A stretch of 64,000 nucleotides of DNA from Balanoglossus misakiensis (taxonomy: Eukaryota; Animalia; Hemichordata), in contig CM082597.2 of NCBI GenBank assembly GCA_040954595.2, forward strand, positions 2,962,265-3,026,264, given 5' to 3'. This document shows, in pieces, positions 45,569 to 60,300 of this stretch. The translations under genes and the position numbers were made by a program. Numbering within the stretch: position 1 is the stretch's first letter; each line of letters starts with the position of its first letter. The notes beneath the pieces are model-generated. The model made no database searches and was not told where the DNA came from. It saw only the letters and a list, made by a program, of their open reading frames with translations.

Positions 45569-48500
45569 GTTGTCTTCTGTTACAGATCCACCGGAAATTG
45601 ATATCACACATACCAATGGCTTCGTTGAAGTGGAGGGGCGATCTTACAGCGCTTATTGCAACGCAGAGGGTAACCCGGCACCCATGGTACATTGGGAGGG
45701 GCAGATGGAAGCACAGCACAGCCAGAGTCTGACCATTGATCGGGTCAGCAGAAATCACAGCGGTCGCTACACATGTTTTGCCGTCAACAATTTATGGGAT
45801 GGCTCGCAGGGCACAGACAATACTTCCTTTCAACTAGACGTTCAGTGTATGTATACAGGATACATAGTTTTATCAAATTGAAGAGCCTATAGCAAGGTAG
45901 TCCCTATGACAGTGAATAAACCAATTTCAGAATTATATTCCGACCAGAGCATTCTTGCTTACCTGAATTATTTGTTGTCGTCGAGAAATGACAGCATGTC
46001 TTTCTGCGTTGACAGATCCCCCTGATATCAGTTTTCACCGAGACTCCGTCGTGTGCAGGGAAGGTGAACGTGTCACCCTGCATTGTTATGTAAATTCCAA
46101 CCCACCTGCTCAGGCGATAAACTGGACGAGAGACAATGTCATCAAATCGTCTGATCCGACGTACACCATTACTGCCGTAAAGAAGACCGATCACGGACCA
46201 CACACCTGTATTGCTGTGAACACGTTTTACGACAAAACGGAGGGCGTCGAGAGGAACAGCATTGATGTCATAGTCCAACGTAGGCATACATACATTTTAT
46301 GAGTTACTAGTTGTACTTAAGGAACGTTGCCTGCAGACTTTTCACCAACGGAAGAAGTTTTACAATGACTGCCTGTACATTGCAAGCTTCAACAATTACT
46401 TTATCAGCAATCACAATAGACTACTAGTATTTTTGTTCTCTATTCCAGGTCTTCCCACAGTCATTATCGAAAGCCCAAAACAGCCGATCATCGAGAACAG
46501 ACCTATGTCCATAGCGTGCAGAATCGTTGACGGGCTACCAAACCCACATCGGATATCACTGATCAAATCCAGCGCTACCAGCACTGAGATAATCGAAACG
46601 CAGACAAACGCGTCCGGTTTGGCAGAGTTCAAGTACGACACGCCCGCCGCCAGGCGATGGATGAACGGCACCTACTACTGCCAGGCCACCGTGACCTTCT
46701 ACGACGGCAGCGAGGACAGTGCCACCAGCGGAGAGACTGACGTCTTGGTTCTATGTAAGTCACTCGGAAGTTGAGTTCGATAATTGGCCGAAGTTGCCGC
46801 GATGCAGTATGGCGAATGTCTGAACACAGACTATTGGCCGAAGTTGCCGCTGTACAATAAGACGAATGCCTGAATGCAGCGGCATTTCCGATTGGCCGAA
46901 GTTGCTGCGGGGCAATATGGCGAATGTCTGAACGCAGGGGCATTTTCTTTATCGTTTCAGATCCTCCAGAGCTTCTGAATGCATCAGACTCGCCAGTTAT
47001 GTCCAACCTGGACGGGAGAGCCGTCCTCACATGTGTCGTCGACGCATACCCCATCGCAGAAGTCGTGTGGACCGACGCCATTGGCAATCTCGTCGAATCG
47101 GTTGAAACCTTAGAGGGCACTGTGGTTACCAGTGAGATCGTCATTGATGACGTAGACAGGAGTAAACTCGGAACATATCAATGCAGTTTTAGAAATGAAG
47201 TCGGCAACACAACTTCGCATGAACGACAGCTGGCAAAAGTACAAAGTAAGTTGTAAATCGAATGCAAACTGCCACAATTGCAAATGAATTTTCCCTCTAA
47301 ACAGGGATATCCACGATTAAATCACTTTTAAATTTGCCTCTCATACATGGGTAAGATATTCAAGTAAATATTCGTCTATTCTGTTCTCTAGATATCTCAT
47401 TCATACTATTTTACCCCCGACAGATCCTGGCTCGTTAGAAACTGTCAATTTGGCTGGTGTCGTCATCGGAGTCATTGTAGGAGTCATCGCCCTGGCGTTT
47501 GTATTCATGCTGTGCATCGTGTTCCTTCGTAGTCGTATTTCGATTGGTGACGAGGGCACAGATGCGTCGTCGTCTATTTCAGGTGAGTTGGACCAATCGG
47601 GTGAACGATAATATTAAACAAATCACGTGACTAACGAACACGAATAAGTAGCAAGGTAGGACAAGAGAGATCTAGAGAAAACAGTTCAGTTGCAACCTGT
47701 TGTGGCAAGGAAGCATATTGAAATTGAGACATACAGACAGACAGGCAGACAGACAGCCTAAACCACAGCCAATACGGAAAGACACGAGCCATTTAATCGT
47801 CCATTTGTGGCGACAGTTTCGAAACCTTAATCATACCAAACATACGAGCCAGACCGCGCACCACACCGCTTACTTCTAATCCCTATCTTTTGTGTTGCAG
47901 ATGATCCGGAACTTATGAACCCACCAGAGTAAGTATTAGTGATTTAATAACACACTGTTATCAAATGCTACCTCAAAAAGCCATGGGGAATCTCAAGGCC
48001 GAAGCCCCATGGTTTCAGTTTCAGGTTGTGAGATCAATGAGACGATATGTGAATTACACAGTCTTTTCTTTACCATGGAAACTAAGAGTTCATACACCTT
48101 TATGCCATATTAAAACAATTTAAAAAAATTTATCACATGCGATTTTATGTTACCTTGTTTGCCTGAAATGTGGTAATGGAGTCACATACAATGTCCACTG
48201 GGATTATTGCGTGTAAGTTGTCTTTTTGTAGGAATATAGTGAGATCAGAAGGATCTGAAAATCCTGACATGATGGAAAGTGATCACGATGAGATGAGAAC
48301 AGACCCTACCCCCGAAGAATGCGGTGACCCGGACCCCTACCGAAGTATTCTTGACCCCATAGATGCCGGTAAGAGAAAAAAATGAAAAGGAGGGGGGCAG
48401 CAAATATGTATTATCTTGGGTGCCTGCTTATTTGAACCAACAACGGTGACTTGCGAATGATGTGAAGATGGTGCTTAGTCCAAAACTATTTTGAACTTTT

Positions 48501-48607
48501 TTTCTTTGTGTTTCTTTACAGAGGCCATTATGTCAGCATTGATGGCACATATTGGTGACGACGACGACATGGACGAAAGTCGATACAATATATGCACAGA
48601 AATTTGA
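42055..48607 (+). CDS. Type I membrane Ig-superfamily receptor B: signal peptide, 10 Ig domains, TM, acidic tail ending in a class I PDZ-binding-type motif (-TEI)
   Basis: Exons 42055-42121, 42753-43079 (V), 43366-43653, 43817-44086, 44249-44533, 44714-44983, 45183-45452, 45586-45846, 46016-46279, 46449-46754, 46961-47245; TM 47424-47582 (LAGVVIGVIVGVIALAFVFMLCIVFL); 47901-47928, 48232-48368, 48522-48607 (..DESRYNICTEI*). All phase-consistent. Confidence 0.9.
45498..45566. repeat. (GAT)n microsatellite, intronic
   Basis: About 23 copies between the donor after 45452 and the acceptor before 45586. Confidence 0.95.
46783..46937. repeat. Intronic ~50-58 bp minisatellite, 3 copies
   Basis: ATTGGCCGAAGTTGC[CT]GC...CGAATG[TC]CTGAA[CT] occurs three times between exons 46449-46754 and 46961-47245. 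Confidence 0.8.
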
Positions 48608-51089
48608 TGTGGCTGTCGACGTAACGAGCATGCGCTCGGTTGGATTTCGAACACTGTCCTCGAGGTCATGACATCACGCCGGGTGTCTTTAGGTCACAAT
48701 GAACTAAAACCACTTGCTATCATGATCAGTCAGATCGGATTTCTGAACGTGTACAATTAAATTGAACTGGCTTATGCAAGACTCACCGGTCGATTTTACT
48801 GAAATTCTATTTTAATATCTCATATATATTTACCAACAAACATTATGTTGCAAAAGCAAACAACAATGGTGGAATAGCAAACATTCTTTTTGAATTATTG
48901 TATTTTTCGAACTAAGGAATTATTTCATAAGTCCATTTTGGCGAGAAACGGGATAAAATATGTGAAGTGAATAAAATGCATTTACTCGCTTTGCCCGTGT
49001 CTAATTGTTTCTCTTTTTAATTATTTAATTTGAAGTATGTTGTGCATTTACACCTTCATCAATAACTGGAAATTTTTGACTATTACATCCGTGAATAGAC
49101 TGTATATTTTATATATAATATTGAAAAATATTATAGTCTTATATTTACAGTCGCCAGCAGCAAATTTAAGGTGGCCTTTTCCGGCTCACCGGCTCGGAAA
49201 GTAAACTTGGTTTCGGATATAGGCTGGGTCACCATAGGCGGTGGTCGATGCTCTGAAACACGATAGGCTATATGCCACGCAATTCATTTGTGAGTTTAGA
49301 GTTTCATTTCGTGGATAGAAAATGCGTTTTTTAAACGGACATCCCTCTGAGTGACTGGCATTCTTTCCAGCGTGGAGGCCTTGCGCTGGGGCTGGACGAA
49401 GTATATGATTCCGACATCATTGAGATCCCACGGCAATTATGGAACAAGCAAAGTTGTCGGCCATTGGCCAAGGATGACGCGGCTTTTGGAATTATGCAAA
49501 TTGAGAGTGTAGTGCACTTGCATCTTAATTACTATGGGTGGCATGTCAAAGTGATACCCAATCAACCTCAACTTCAATACATGCATAACAACAACGTTAA
49601 CACTCTCCACTAGCAGTAACACAAAATGGAGGAACAGTAGTTTGTTTTTGTTAAACCGCTGATGGCGCTATAGAAACATGTCAGGTTTAACAGATGATGG
49701 CGCTATATTAAACTTGTCAGGTCTCTGAAGAAAAAACAACATTGTGAAAACCAAAATAGCTCAAATCACCCCTACGTATATAATTTCAAATTAATTTTGT
49801 TTACTCAAGGTTACACCCAACGCGGCCTCGCAGCCGTAGAAAACAAGAATGCAATCCTGAAGAGAATTAATTTTACACAATGAAATACTATATTTGTATA
49901 TGTGTCATGTTTTGATATGCCGCTGGGCAGATGTATTTTGGTAAATTTAGAAGCATGTCATGCAGAAAGTTCATGTTCTCGCTGCGTGTCTCTGTTAAGT
50001 TTAATCTCTCGAGTCGGTTTGTGGTCTGATCAAAGTTGTTTTAACATGGGCGTTGGTCAAACGCATGTAGAAGTGTACAGTCACAAAGAAATACACCGAT
50101 TTATTACAAAAACAACCAATATCAACAGATCACATATATTCTCATATAAAATCCAATATATAGAAAACTACCGCCTACGAAAGTTGTAAAAGCACAAGGT
50201 CACCCATTGTTTTGGTTATTTAATTTAAAACCTCTTTTATGAGACATGCGTGCTGTTCAGCTCACTGAAACATGGTCTATGACCACTTGACAAAAGAAAT
50301 TATTTTTAAAAATCTACTTAAAGAGATTATAAAAATAATTTTCGACAGTGGATGACTTTGACGGGAACAGGCAAATGTCATGCATATTTTATTTCAAACT
50401 AATGCAAGCGAAAGATTACTGTTTCATATGAAAGAATCCGGAATATTTCCAGCCTGGATCGCCGACATGGATATAAATAAATTATGTGCGCAAATGTTGA
50501 ATAGGAACGTTTTCAGCTGTAAGAGTCTATCCCTACTAGAGACAGAAGCTGTCCTTGACTATAGTTTCTGCCGAAAAATTCATGAAATGTCGAAAAGAGG
50601 CTCGGAGAAGTGAAAGTGCAGAAGTTTTTCTGAAGTTTCCCCCTTCTTCTGAATGATATATGCAAGTAAACGCAAACTCAAACACAAATAAGTTACAGAA
50701 ATTAATTACATCTCACAAGATGTCAATATATGTCTGAGAAAAGTAAATCTGAATGGAAATATGCCAAAGGGGGCTAGTGGTGGTATATTGGCCAATTTCA
50801 AATTGATTAATTTCCAGAAATAACAACGATTACGCATAAAAACGAAGCATGAGCGGCCTCTCTGGACCAATTAATATGCTTTGATTTCTTCTTTACAAGC
50901 TTGGGGCATGAACATATATAGAGTGAATGATATCTTTTTGACTATACCGACGGCGGATATCAGTGAAATTAAAACTTATAAAGGAATTCAACTAATCACA
51001 CAGTCGACGGCAGTGGTCACGTTACCGATGACAGGCACCACTACTAGGATATCAACCTCACGCTAAAATTCCCGTTGACGGATGACAAT

Positions 51090-51341
51090 AATAGACCATT
51101 TTCCGAAATCTACGAGACACTGCGAGATTTCGCGTGACTAGGCAATTTGCAAGAGGGGACATTCTCACGACATAGGACAAACAACACGTGGCTAATCGTT
51201 GTGGTCAACGGCACAAAAGTTGCAAACTGTTCCTATTCTAGTTTCGTACACAGCTTGAGTACATTACTTGGCCGTCAATTCACTGCTATGGCAACTAACC
51301 AAGTCTCGTGAGATCTCGCAGTTATCGGAAAACCATCCATT
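51090..51341. mobile_element. Possible MITE abutting one candidate stop codon of receptor C
   Basis: Left end AATAGACCATTTTCCGAAATCTACGAGA and right end (reverse complement) AATGGATGGTTTTCCGATAACTGCGAGA are imperfect inverted repeats ~250 bp apart. Confidence 0.45.
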
Positions 51342-54300
51342 AAACAACGTCGGACAACTTCCTCATCCTCTCCTCCCGGTCAATATCCGCTTTCGTCTGA
51401 GGTTTGAACGTTGTCAACGTGGTTTCTGAAAAAATGAGTCCAAAGATTACAATTACCAATTGACTCGGTTGTCAGGGATACTGTGCTAAAAACTCACGCT
51501 GAAAGCCTCGTCTGATAGTACAAATAATAATACACGAATGAGCAATCATTTTTCCCTCTGCGAGAAAAAATATCTCCACATAACTACATGTATTACACAC
51601 CCATTAGGGATCACATTGCTTAACTGTCTATGCATACTGGTATTTTCTGTTAGGCTGTAATTGAGATTTCTGTGGTCGACTATTCTCATCGATGCCCTGC
51701 TGTTCGACAGCGATGGAATTACATGGACAATGCAATTCTACCCCAGGTACAATTTTAAGGCACTGGCATGATAGCAAACCTGGCAGTTCAAGTAAGGCGG
51801 ATCTCGAAACTACATTAGCTCGTTCTCCACTCCTCAAAAAGTGAGAAGGGGGAAAAGAGTAATGAAAACAACAAGCAGAGTACAACTTGAATGCAGGGCA
51901 GACTGCCACCACAACCATCTCTTTGATCGTTATTTGGGAATTGGTATTTTTGTTGTATTTAGTTTTTTTTAGGAAATATGAATTGGTACGTGTGCTTTAA
52001 TGCACAGAAACTGGCTTTGGATAGGTTTGTAATTCGATTTGAGCAGGATTTGCCCCGGAACACAAGAGAATTATGCCGTTTCTTACCATTGTTGTCACGG
52101 TCTTTTCTCAGACTTCCTGTGCCATCTGGAGCTGTTCGTACCATCCCTAAATTTTCCGTCCCTTCGCATGATCTTATTTCACTGAAATGACCAGAATGAT
52201 TATGAAATCCAATTAGCATAGGCCTAATTTGATTGTTTGACATTCTGCTGTCAAGTGATCATCATGGTCGACGTCATACATGTAATTGTTTGCATAATTA
52301 ATCATACAGTATTAATGCCAAGATCCTTCTCAAGTATGATTTCGCTGATATTACGTTGGCAGAGATGTCCAACATAGCGAAAGAGATCCGAAATAGAGTT
52401 TCACTTAGTCTAAGAGTTATTCAATTTCCACCATTTGGTGTTGTACTCCAGCGAGTCACTACAGGTCAAAGGTAAAGTCACGCCCCTGGTCTACTTACCC
52501 AGATGGGCGCTTCAATGCGGCAAGATCTGTAAAATCAAAATTCACGCCGTAAGCGGTTTAATTCTCATTGAAGCAGACAAGAAGCCGACCACTTTTGATA
52601 TTATCAGAATATTTATGGTAAAATCCGATCTCTGTATTACTTATTGAGTAATTTCTATATTTCTGATGGGTATGGCGAAACGTCTTGCATTGGCTCTGCT
52701 ATTAACATTCTCTTCTCAGTTGACATAAGTTCATAACCTTGTCAGAATTACTTCTCTTGTCAGAATTACTTCTACGCGAGGTCATAGAATTCATGTTGGT
52801 CTCCCAGCTTCTGTCACAACCACTCATTCCGTGTACCTAGTCATTGTGTATTCCCTTTCGAATCATTACATGAACAAGTCTTACCCGATACGGTCACAGG
52901 TTTCTCCTTATCCGACTTGTGTTTACAACAACAAACAATGATCAAGATAAGGATGATGATTAAGAGAAGGCCTCCGGCGATGATAGCGTATAGGATACCG
53001 GTGTTCATAAGCCATTCTAGTGACCAGGGAACTGTGATGTAAAGAAGAAATAACACCATGTTTTATGCATTCTAGTCATCAAACATGTCAACCACTACAG
53101 CTAAATCTAATTTAATGTTGGTGAGAATAGGATCAAATGTGGAGGGGTGCATGAACACTATACATGTAACACATGTGTAAAATATTCTGACCAATAAGGT
53201 GACAAGTACACGTATATCACGTGACAAGTACAATGCTTACCAACACATATCACGACATTCCTTTTGAAAGACTGGCCAATAAAAAAACAGCAATAGTAAC
53301 GACAAACTGTAAGGTGCACTCTGAACTAAACCATGGGTTGCTTACTTATAATTTTGCCTAATTTCCTTTCATGGGCAGTGTTGTTGCTGATGTCATTTGC
53401 GAAATTACACGTATACGTCCCAAGTTTGCTGTTGTCCACGTTGTCGATCACCACCTGACTGGAGACAACGGTGCCGTTTATGGTTTCCTCGGATTCGACC
53501 ACTTCGCCTTTGTCGTCGGTCCAGACGACTTCTGCGAGGGGGTAGGCATCGACGACGCACGTCAGGACTGCCTTCTCGCCTAATTTGACCTCTACCCCTG
53601 ATTTGGAGACATCTACCATCTCGGGAGGATCTGCAATATCGTAAAGAGTGACAAAATCATTTATGGGAACATGTTAATGTGTCCCTAATGCCCCACACGA
53701 TTTTTGACCAATTCTGAAACCACATTGCTGTCAGCTTGCCCCGAGAAACAAAATGATTTCAAGAAAGAAAAAAATAAAGTTCACGAGCACAAATGCACAC
53801 ATGCCAATACATATAACAATTACAGGAAGCAATTTCAAATGATCTCACATTGGACTATGAGGGGTGTTATATCGCTGGTTCTGTAACCTTCGGTGCCATC
53901 ATGAAACAGAGTCGTGATGTTGCAAAAATAGGTCCCGTTCATCCAACGCTTGGCGGCGTCTATGTCATAGGTCAGTTCCGTGACACCGGAAGTATTGGTT
54001 ACCATGGCGATTGTCTCAACATCACTTTCTCCGACTTTCATCAGCGCTATCTGGTACGGTTTCGGCGAGCCCCGAATTATATCACACGCCAGAAACGTCT
54101 GTGTGTCTTCCAGGATAGGCTGGTCAGGTCCCCAAACGAGAACATAGGGCAGATCTGAGAAAAATGAAAGTCAAGTGAGATAGGGGCAGATTTATGGCAC
54201 CTCTGACTTATCGCCTAGCGATGCACAAACATAGATGGATGGTGAAAAATTACATTAAATGACTATGACAAATATACGTGAACATAACTGCTCCATACAC

Positions 54301-57300
54301 CAGACAATAGGCCTAACTTTGTACTGTTTTTGTCTGCGAACTATTGCCTGCTTTTGGGACAAACCCACCGAATAAGATACTGAGGAGTTTTCATTAAATT
54401 TAATTCTATGCGAGTTCTTTGGCGGATGGACTCATAATGTGGAACGCCCCTAATGTAAAATGATCACACTGGGGTCATGAAAATGGGCGTGTGTGGAAAC
54501 AACATGAGCAACCATGCTGCTGCCAGTTCTGTTTCTCTCAACTCACGTTCAACCCCGACGCTAATAGTTTTTTTACTGACGCCTTCCGTGCCATCATAGA
54601 ACGTGTTGACAGCAGTACACGTGTAAAAACCGGAGTGGAAGTACTTCACATTGGCAATCGAGTGCACGGCGCCGGACGACACCTCCTCGACGCCTTTGGT
54701 CCAAGTCACCGCGTGGGCCGTTGGGTTGGCGATGACGTCACACACCAGGGTGATATTGTCACCTTCCTTGCAGAGAACATAATCACGTGGGAAGGTGATA
54801 TCGGGAACATCTGTGGAAGCAAGTCTGAATTCATTAACATGCTCCCTCTGAGCGTTGATCCAGGTGGAGCAAATTGTCGTATCGGCAAGCACGTAAGGTG
54901 CATTAGCTGCAACTTTGCAATTTGTTGACCTCCAAATATTAGTTTTCGGAAATTTTGTCCAATACCTTATTATATATTTGACATAATGGCATACAACGAA
55001 GGCTGAATTCTCCCTCTAGAAGCTGGCTCCGTTTAAAATGCTCAAATCTTAGAGATCTCACTTCAATATCACTTACATTGCACGTCCAGGGTGGTCGTAT
55101 TTGATCCCACGCCAGGGCTGCCATCATAGTATGTGTTCAAGGCAGTGCACGTGTAGGTGCCTGTCATCCCCCTCTCGACGTCCTCCAAGCTAAGGAGGAC
55201 GTCTCCCAGGTAACTACCGTCTGCCGAACTCCAAGTGACGCTGACATCTGTCGGATTAGCAGCAGTGACGTCACAGGGAATGCGGACGTTCTCGCCTTCG
55301 ATGCGTGCGACTGTGGCAGGGACAGATACTTCCGGTGGATCTGGTGGAAATAAAGAAGTAAAGCTTCTGGGTACTTGAGATCATAATGCTTGATTGAAGA
55401 AGTGGTGATTATTTGATCGACAGAATAAATAATATTGCCAATTATGTGATGTGTTCTTAAAATGTAAAAATACAGTTTGACCACAACAGTATGAGCTGTA
55501 GTAGAAGATTTGACCTCTGCCAGAGGTTACAGTAGTCTGGAATTTACGAATAAATGAACAAGCCTTTGCTTTACTCTTTTCTTGATATTTGCTTTCATCT
55601 ATCAATATGCGATATTACAACTGGATATCTTGAGAAGAATTCCTGCTATTCGTGGTTGCTTTCGCAGACGACTTCACCCATCCAGACATTCCTTCCGAGA
55701 GGAGCAGGAATGCAATATTCCATTTTGATATACAGAAATATTATACGGTCAAAAGAATGTCTGGACAGCGAACGAGAGATCGTATCTTGCATTGCAAGCG
55801 AAGAGTAGCTACAATGTAAGTAAGCGGTTTAACAGTTGGTTGAGCAGTTGGCCGGTCAGTCAGTCAGTCGGTCAGTCAGTCTTGGTCTTAGTTAGTCAAT
55901 TAGTTAGTTTGATAAGTAGGTCTACTAGGTAGGTAGGTAGGTAGATATTATAAAGGTAGGATGTAGGTCGGTAGGTGGTTTGGCTCTGCTTTATGTTACA
56001 ATAGAATATCGTGTAACGTACATTGGACGTCAAGTAGGAACGTGTTGCTATTGTTACCAAGAGACCCATCCCAGTAGGTGTTGACAGCAAAACAGTTGTA
56101 GCTCCCACTGTCTTCCCTGGCGATGCTGTCGAAGTCCAAGGTCTGGCTGCCCGTTGACTGGTCGTCGACGCCTTCCCAGTATACCTCGGGCGTGGGATTG
56201 CCCACTGCGCTGCAGAGAACGCTGTATGGTCGACCTTCGACCTCCACAAACCCGTTGGTGTCGGAGATGTCGACTGAGGGTGGATCTGGTGTAAGGAAAT
56301 ATGTGAGAAGAGAATGGGGGTCAGATAAAGCTAATTCCGAAAGTGCGAAACACAATGACGTAGCTTCATTATGCGTACCATCTGTTTAATATTGCCACCA
56401 TTGACAGTGTCGTGCATAAATGAAGTACCGATGGAAGTACTGGGTACGACCACTGTCCGTCCAGTGTCTGTGGTACAATTATCAACAGCACCAGGTGCTA
56501 TCTCCACCATGCATCCTAAATGTGACAATATCAGTGGACCGAACCAAAAGTGACAAAAATTATGTACTACTGTTTAACTAATAAGCAGTGACCAACTTCT
56601 ACTTACACTGTACCTCGACTAAAACTGTCACCGAGTCGCTGCCTTCGGTACCATCCCAGAACGTATTGCTGGCATAACAGACGCACTCTTTCCCGTTGTG
56701 CGCTACGTCAGCTGTGAAGCTGAACACCTCACTTGCCGGCGCTGAGTGCTCCCAGGTAATGACGTCAGCGTCAGGGTTCGCAGCCACAGACTCGCAGTTA
56801 AGTGAAACCGGTTGGCCGGATACCACAGTCATTGAATTGTCCTCAAATCTGGCATGACCCTGCCTCAGTACCGCCCTGACTTCCGGTTTGTCTGAAATAA
56901 CGAAAACAGATTTCATCCACAGAGACACACTACGCCAGTTTTAGCTTTTCAACACCGTGACTGTTGATTTCTTCAGGCAGACGTACTGTTGACAAGGAGA
57001 ATGTAGAACGAAAAACTCTAAATGACACACAGAACACAAAATACTTCAAAAGAACATCTGAAGTTGTATCTAATGTCCCTTCATATACTTACATTGTACG
57101 TCAATACGAACAGACTTAAATCCGTTAGTCTTTGCACCATTCCAATATTCACTGCTCCCGAAACACGTATACTGATTCGTCTGTGAGTTTGTTCGTGACA
57201 CATTCACCAACTCCAACTGAGAACTCTGCAATGTCGTATCACCAGGCAAGATCCAGTAGACCTCTGCCGGTGGGTTGGCTGATGCCAAACAGTCGGCGCG

Positions 57301-60300
57301 ATAGGTCTGACCCTCGATGACTGTCCGGTTGCTCACGTCTTGTACGTATACGCCATCCCAATCTGAGATAAAACAGATTAATATCAACAATTGATTACAT
57401 AGAAATAAGATGGCTCAATAAAAAAACGATGATCCTTGATCTCTGACCTCTCATAAAGAACGAACAACTCAAAATGTGATGCCACCATTTTATATCTATG
57501 ATACTTACAGTGTAATGCGTAAGTCGTAAATTTGTTGAAGGCATACTTTAATCAGTGGCAACGGGCGTGTAAACGTGCCGAAGAACGCGACAGAAAGAAC
57601 TTGAAATACAGAACAATTGCAATTACATTTGTATACTACATGTAGTACTAGTTCAGGAAACCATCAAACAAACCAAACAAACTACAAGCCAACCAACCTA
57701 CAAGCCAACCAACCAACCAACCAACCAACCAACCAACCGACCAATCAACCGACCAACCAACCAACCAGCAAACAAACAAATAATAAATTAATTAAATATG
57801 CCAGATCTCCTTACATTGTACGTCTACTTGGATATCGATTTCAGTGGCTCCTCTGGTGCCGTCCCAAAACGTATTTTCTGCTTTGCAATTAAAGTGCCCA
57901 CTCTCATCTCGCGAAATGTCGCTGAAATGAAGACGCTCTCCTTCGGCCGAAGCTGACTGGTTTCCTTGGAACCAAGACAAGGAATCGATCTGTGGGTTGC
58001 TGGAGTTCACTTTGCAGTTGACAGTTACTGTTTGACCTTCCACCACGGCTCCGTGGCTGGCAGCGTCTCCGATTATTTGCAAGTACAGTTCAGGTGCATC
58101 TGGAAGAGAAAACAATAACACATTTTCGTTTGTCGTCATCGCCGTCATCCTCAACCCCCTCCTCATCATCACCACCACTAAAACCACCACCAACAACAAA
58201 AACACACCATCAAATCCACCACCATTACCACCACCACCAGTGTCATCATCATGATGTCATCTCTCGCCACCTTCATTATTGGCCGATCCTAGGTACTTAT
58301 AGCAACCAGTGTGTCATCAAATACAGTGAACAGTTGAGTTTGTCAGAAACAACCTAGGGCATTCATTTCATTGAAACCAGTCCACAAATCTACTGTCATG
58401 TTTCATACATAAGTTACAGTATGTTCAAACAATATTTTGAGTCAGGTGTCTAACAAACTGCACAATACGTACATTGGACGTCGAGATCGATGCTGTCACT
58501 GTCCACGGCTGCCTGTCCAGTGTACAGTGTGTTGTTAGCCTGGCATGTATACACGGTTGCGTGCTGTTTCTCGGCCCTCTGTATAACAAGTCTGTCAAAT
58601 TCCACGTCAACATCCCGGCTGGCGAAGTCCCAGGCGACATCGGCGGTTGGATTGGCGTCCGGCAGGCAGGTCGCCTCGTATCTTTGTCCCACCACGACAG
58701 TGGCATTCGTGTCGTCCCGAATTGTCACCCGAGGCACATCTGGAAATGTCAAAGTATGACGCCATTTTTAGAAATTGGCTGAACATGACAATCGGAAAAA
58801 GACTTTTACAAATAACATTGGTCTGATTGCTGGGAATCTACTGCTGGCCCAGCTCACGTTAGAGACCAGCTGTAAGATATAGTTAAGCAATAAAACACCC
58901 CCAGCCATGGTATATCACGAGATTTTGACCAGTTCACGACATATACGCACGAGCGATAGCGAGTGCGTATATGGAGTTGAACTGGTCAAAATCGAGTGGT
59001 ATACCATGGCTGGGGGTGTTTTATTGCTATTATATTATGCCAGTATATTGAAACTTTGCATAAAACATTTTAAAAAGGCATTTTCTTTAACTATGATATA
59101 TGACTGTGGTATATGGCTAATATATCACGGTCACGTGTCGTGTCTCGACCAATCAAATAGCGTGATTTACACCATCAATATACTGGTATAATATAATATT
59201 GGCTATTACATGAAGGCCAACAAACTCAGAATTGGATTACTCACATTGCACATCGACCTGTACCTTGGCCGTACCAGTGCCATGTCTACCGTCATAGAAT
59301 GTGTTGGACATGACACAGGTGTACTCTCCGTTTTCCCGCCTGTCGATGTCGTCGATTGAAAGAGTCGGACTGTCAGATTGGTAGATGTCACCGTTTGGGC
59401 CAAGCCAGTGGACTTGTGTGATGGCCAATGGATTACCGCTCTCGGCCACTTCGCACTCGGCACGGTAACTGTCACCTTCGACAACCTGTCTTTCACTCTC
59501 GTCGGCAATTCTCACCACAGGCGAGTCTGTTGGTTCAACGGAAAACTCCAGTGTCATAGGGAATGAACAATAAATACATAAGAATATCATTCAATGATAA
59601 TAATGTATAGTAAACTAGTGTGCTAACGAATAGGAGAAATTAGTAATTACACTGAACATCCATCACGATATCATCGCCACAATTCACCAATGACCACTCC
59701 TCTCTTGGAAGCGTGTAATGCTCCAACTGACAATTCATGGTGGTTCCATTTTCACTCTGATCAAACGTCGTCGTCCATTCGCCGAGCATTCCCGTTTCGC
59801 GAGACACTTCGCGACCATCAATATACCAGACGAGATCCCCCGGTGCAGTGGCCGGTAAACTCATGTTGCAGACGAAAGTCGTGTTCTCGCCAGCCACCAC
59901 AGTGTAACCAGGGTCTGCCGAGCAGTGTGGTCCCTTGTCTGTCGAAGAAACAAACAGTAAGAGAGAATAGATGTAATGATAAATCGTTATCAATCAACAA
60001 ACCCAGCAAGTTTAGAATGTATGTATTGTTTTGAGGAAAAACTACATGTACATCAGAAACCCATGTCTGTTGACCTACATAACTTGTGTGGGGGAAATGG
60101 GGTCATACCACATAATCAAGACCAAGCTGTTTCTTACGACGATCTGTCGTCAACTTTGAGATCTGATTGCTAACATTCATTTACCTCAAACTATACACCC
60201 GTCCTCCATGGTTAAATCTCGACTGCAAGCAAGTTTCTAGTCGGCCAACTGACACTGACAACGGTCAGTAACCCAGTACTAAAACTTGGAATCTGATCAA

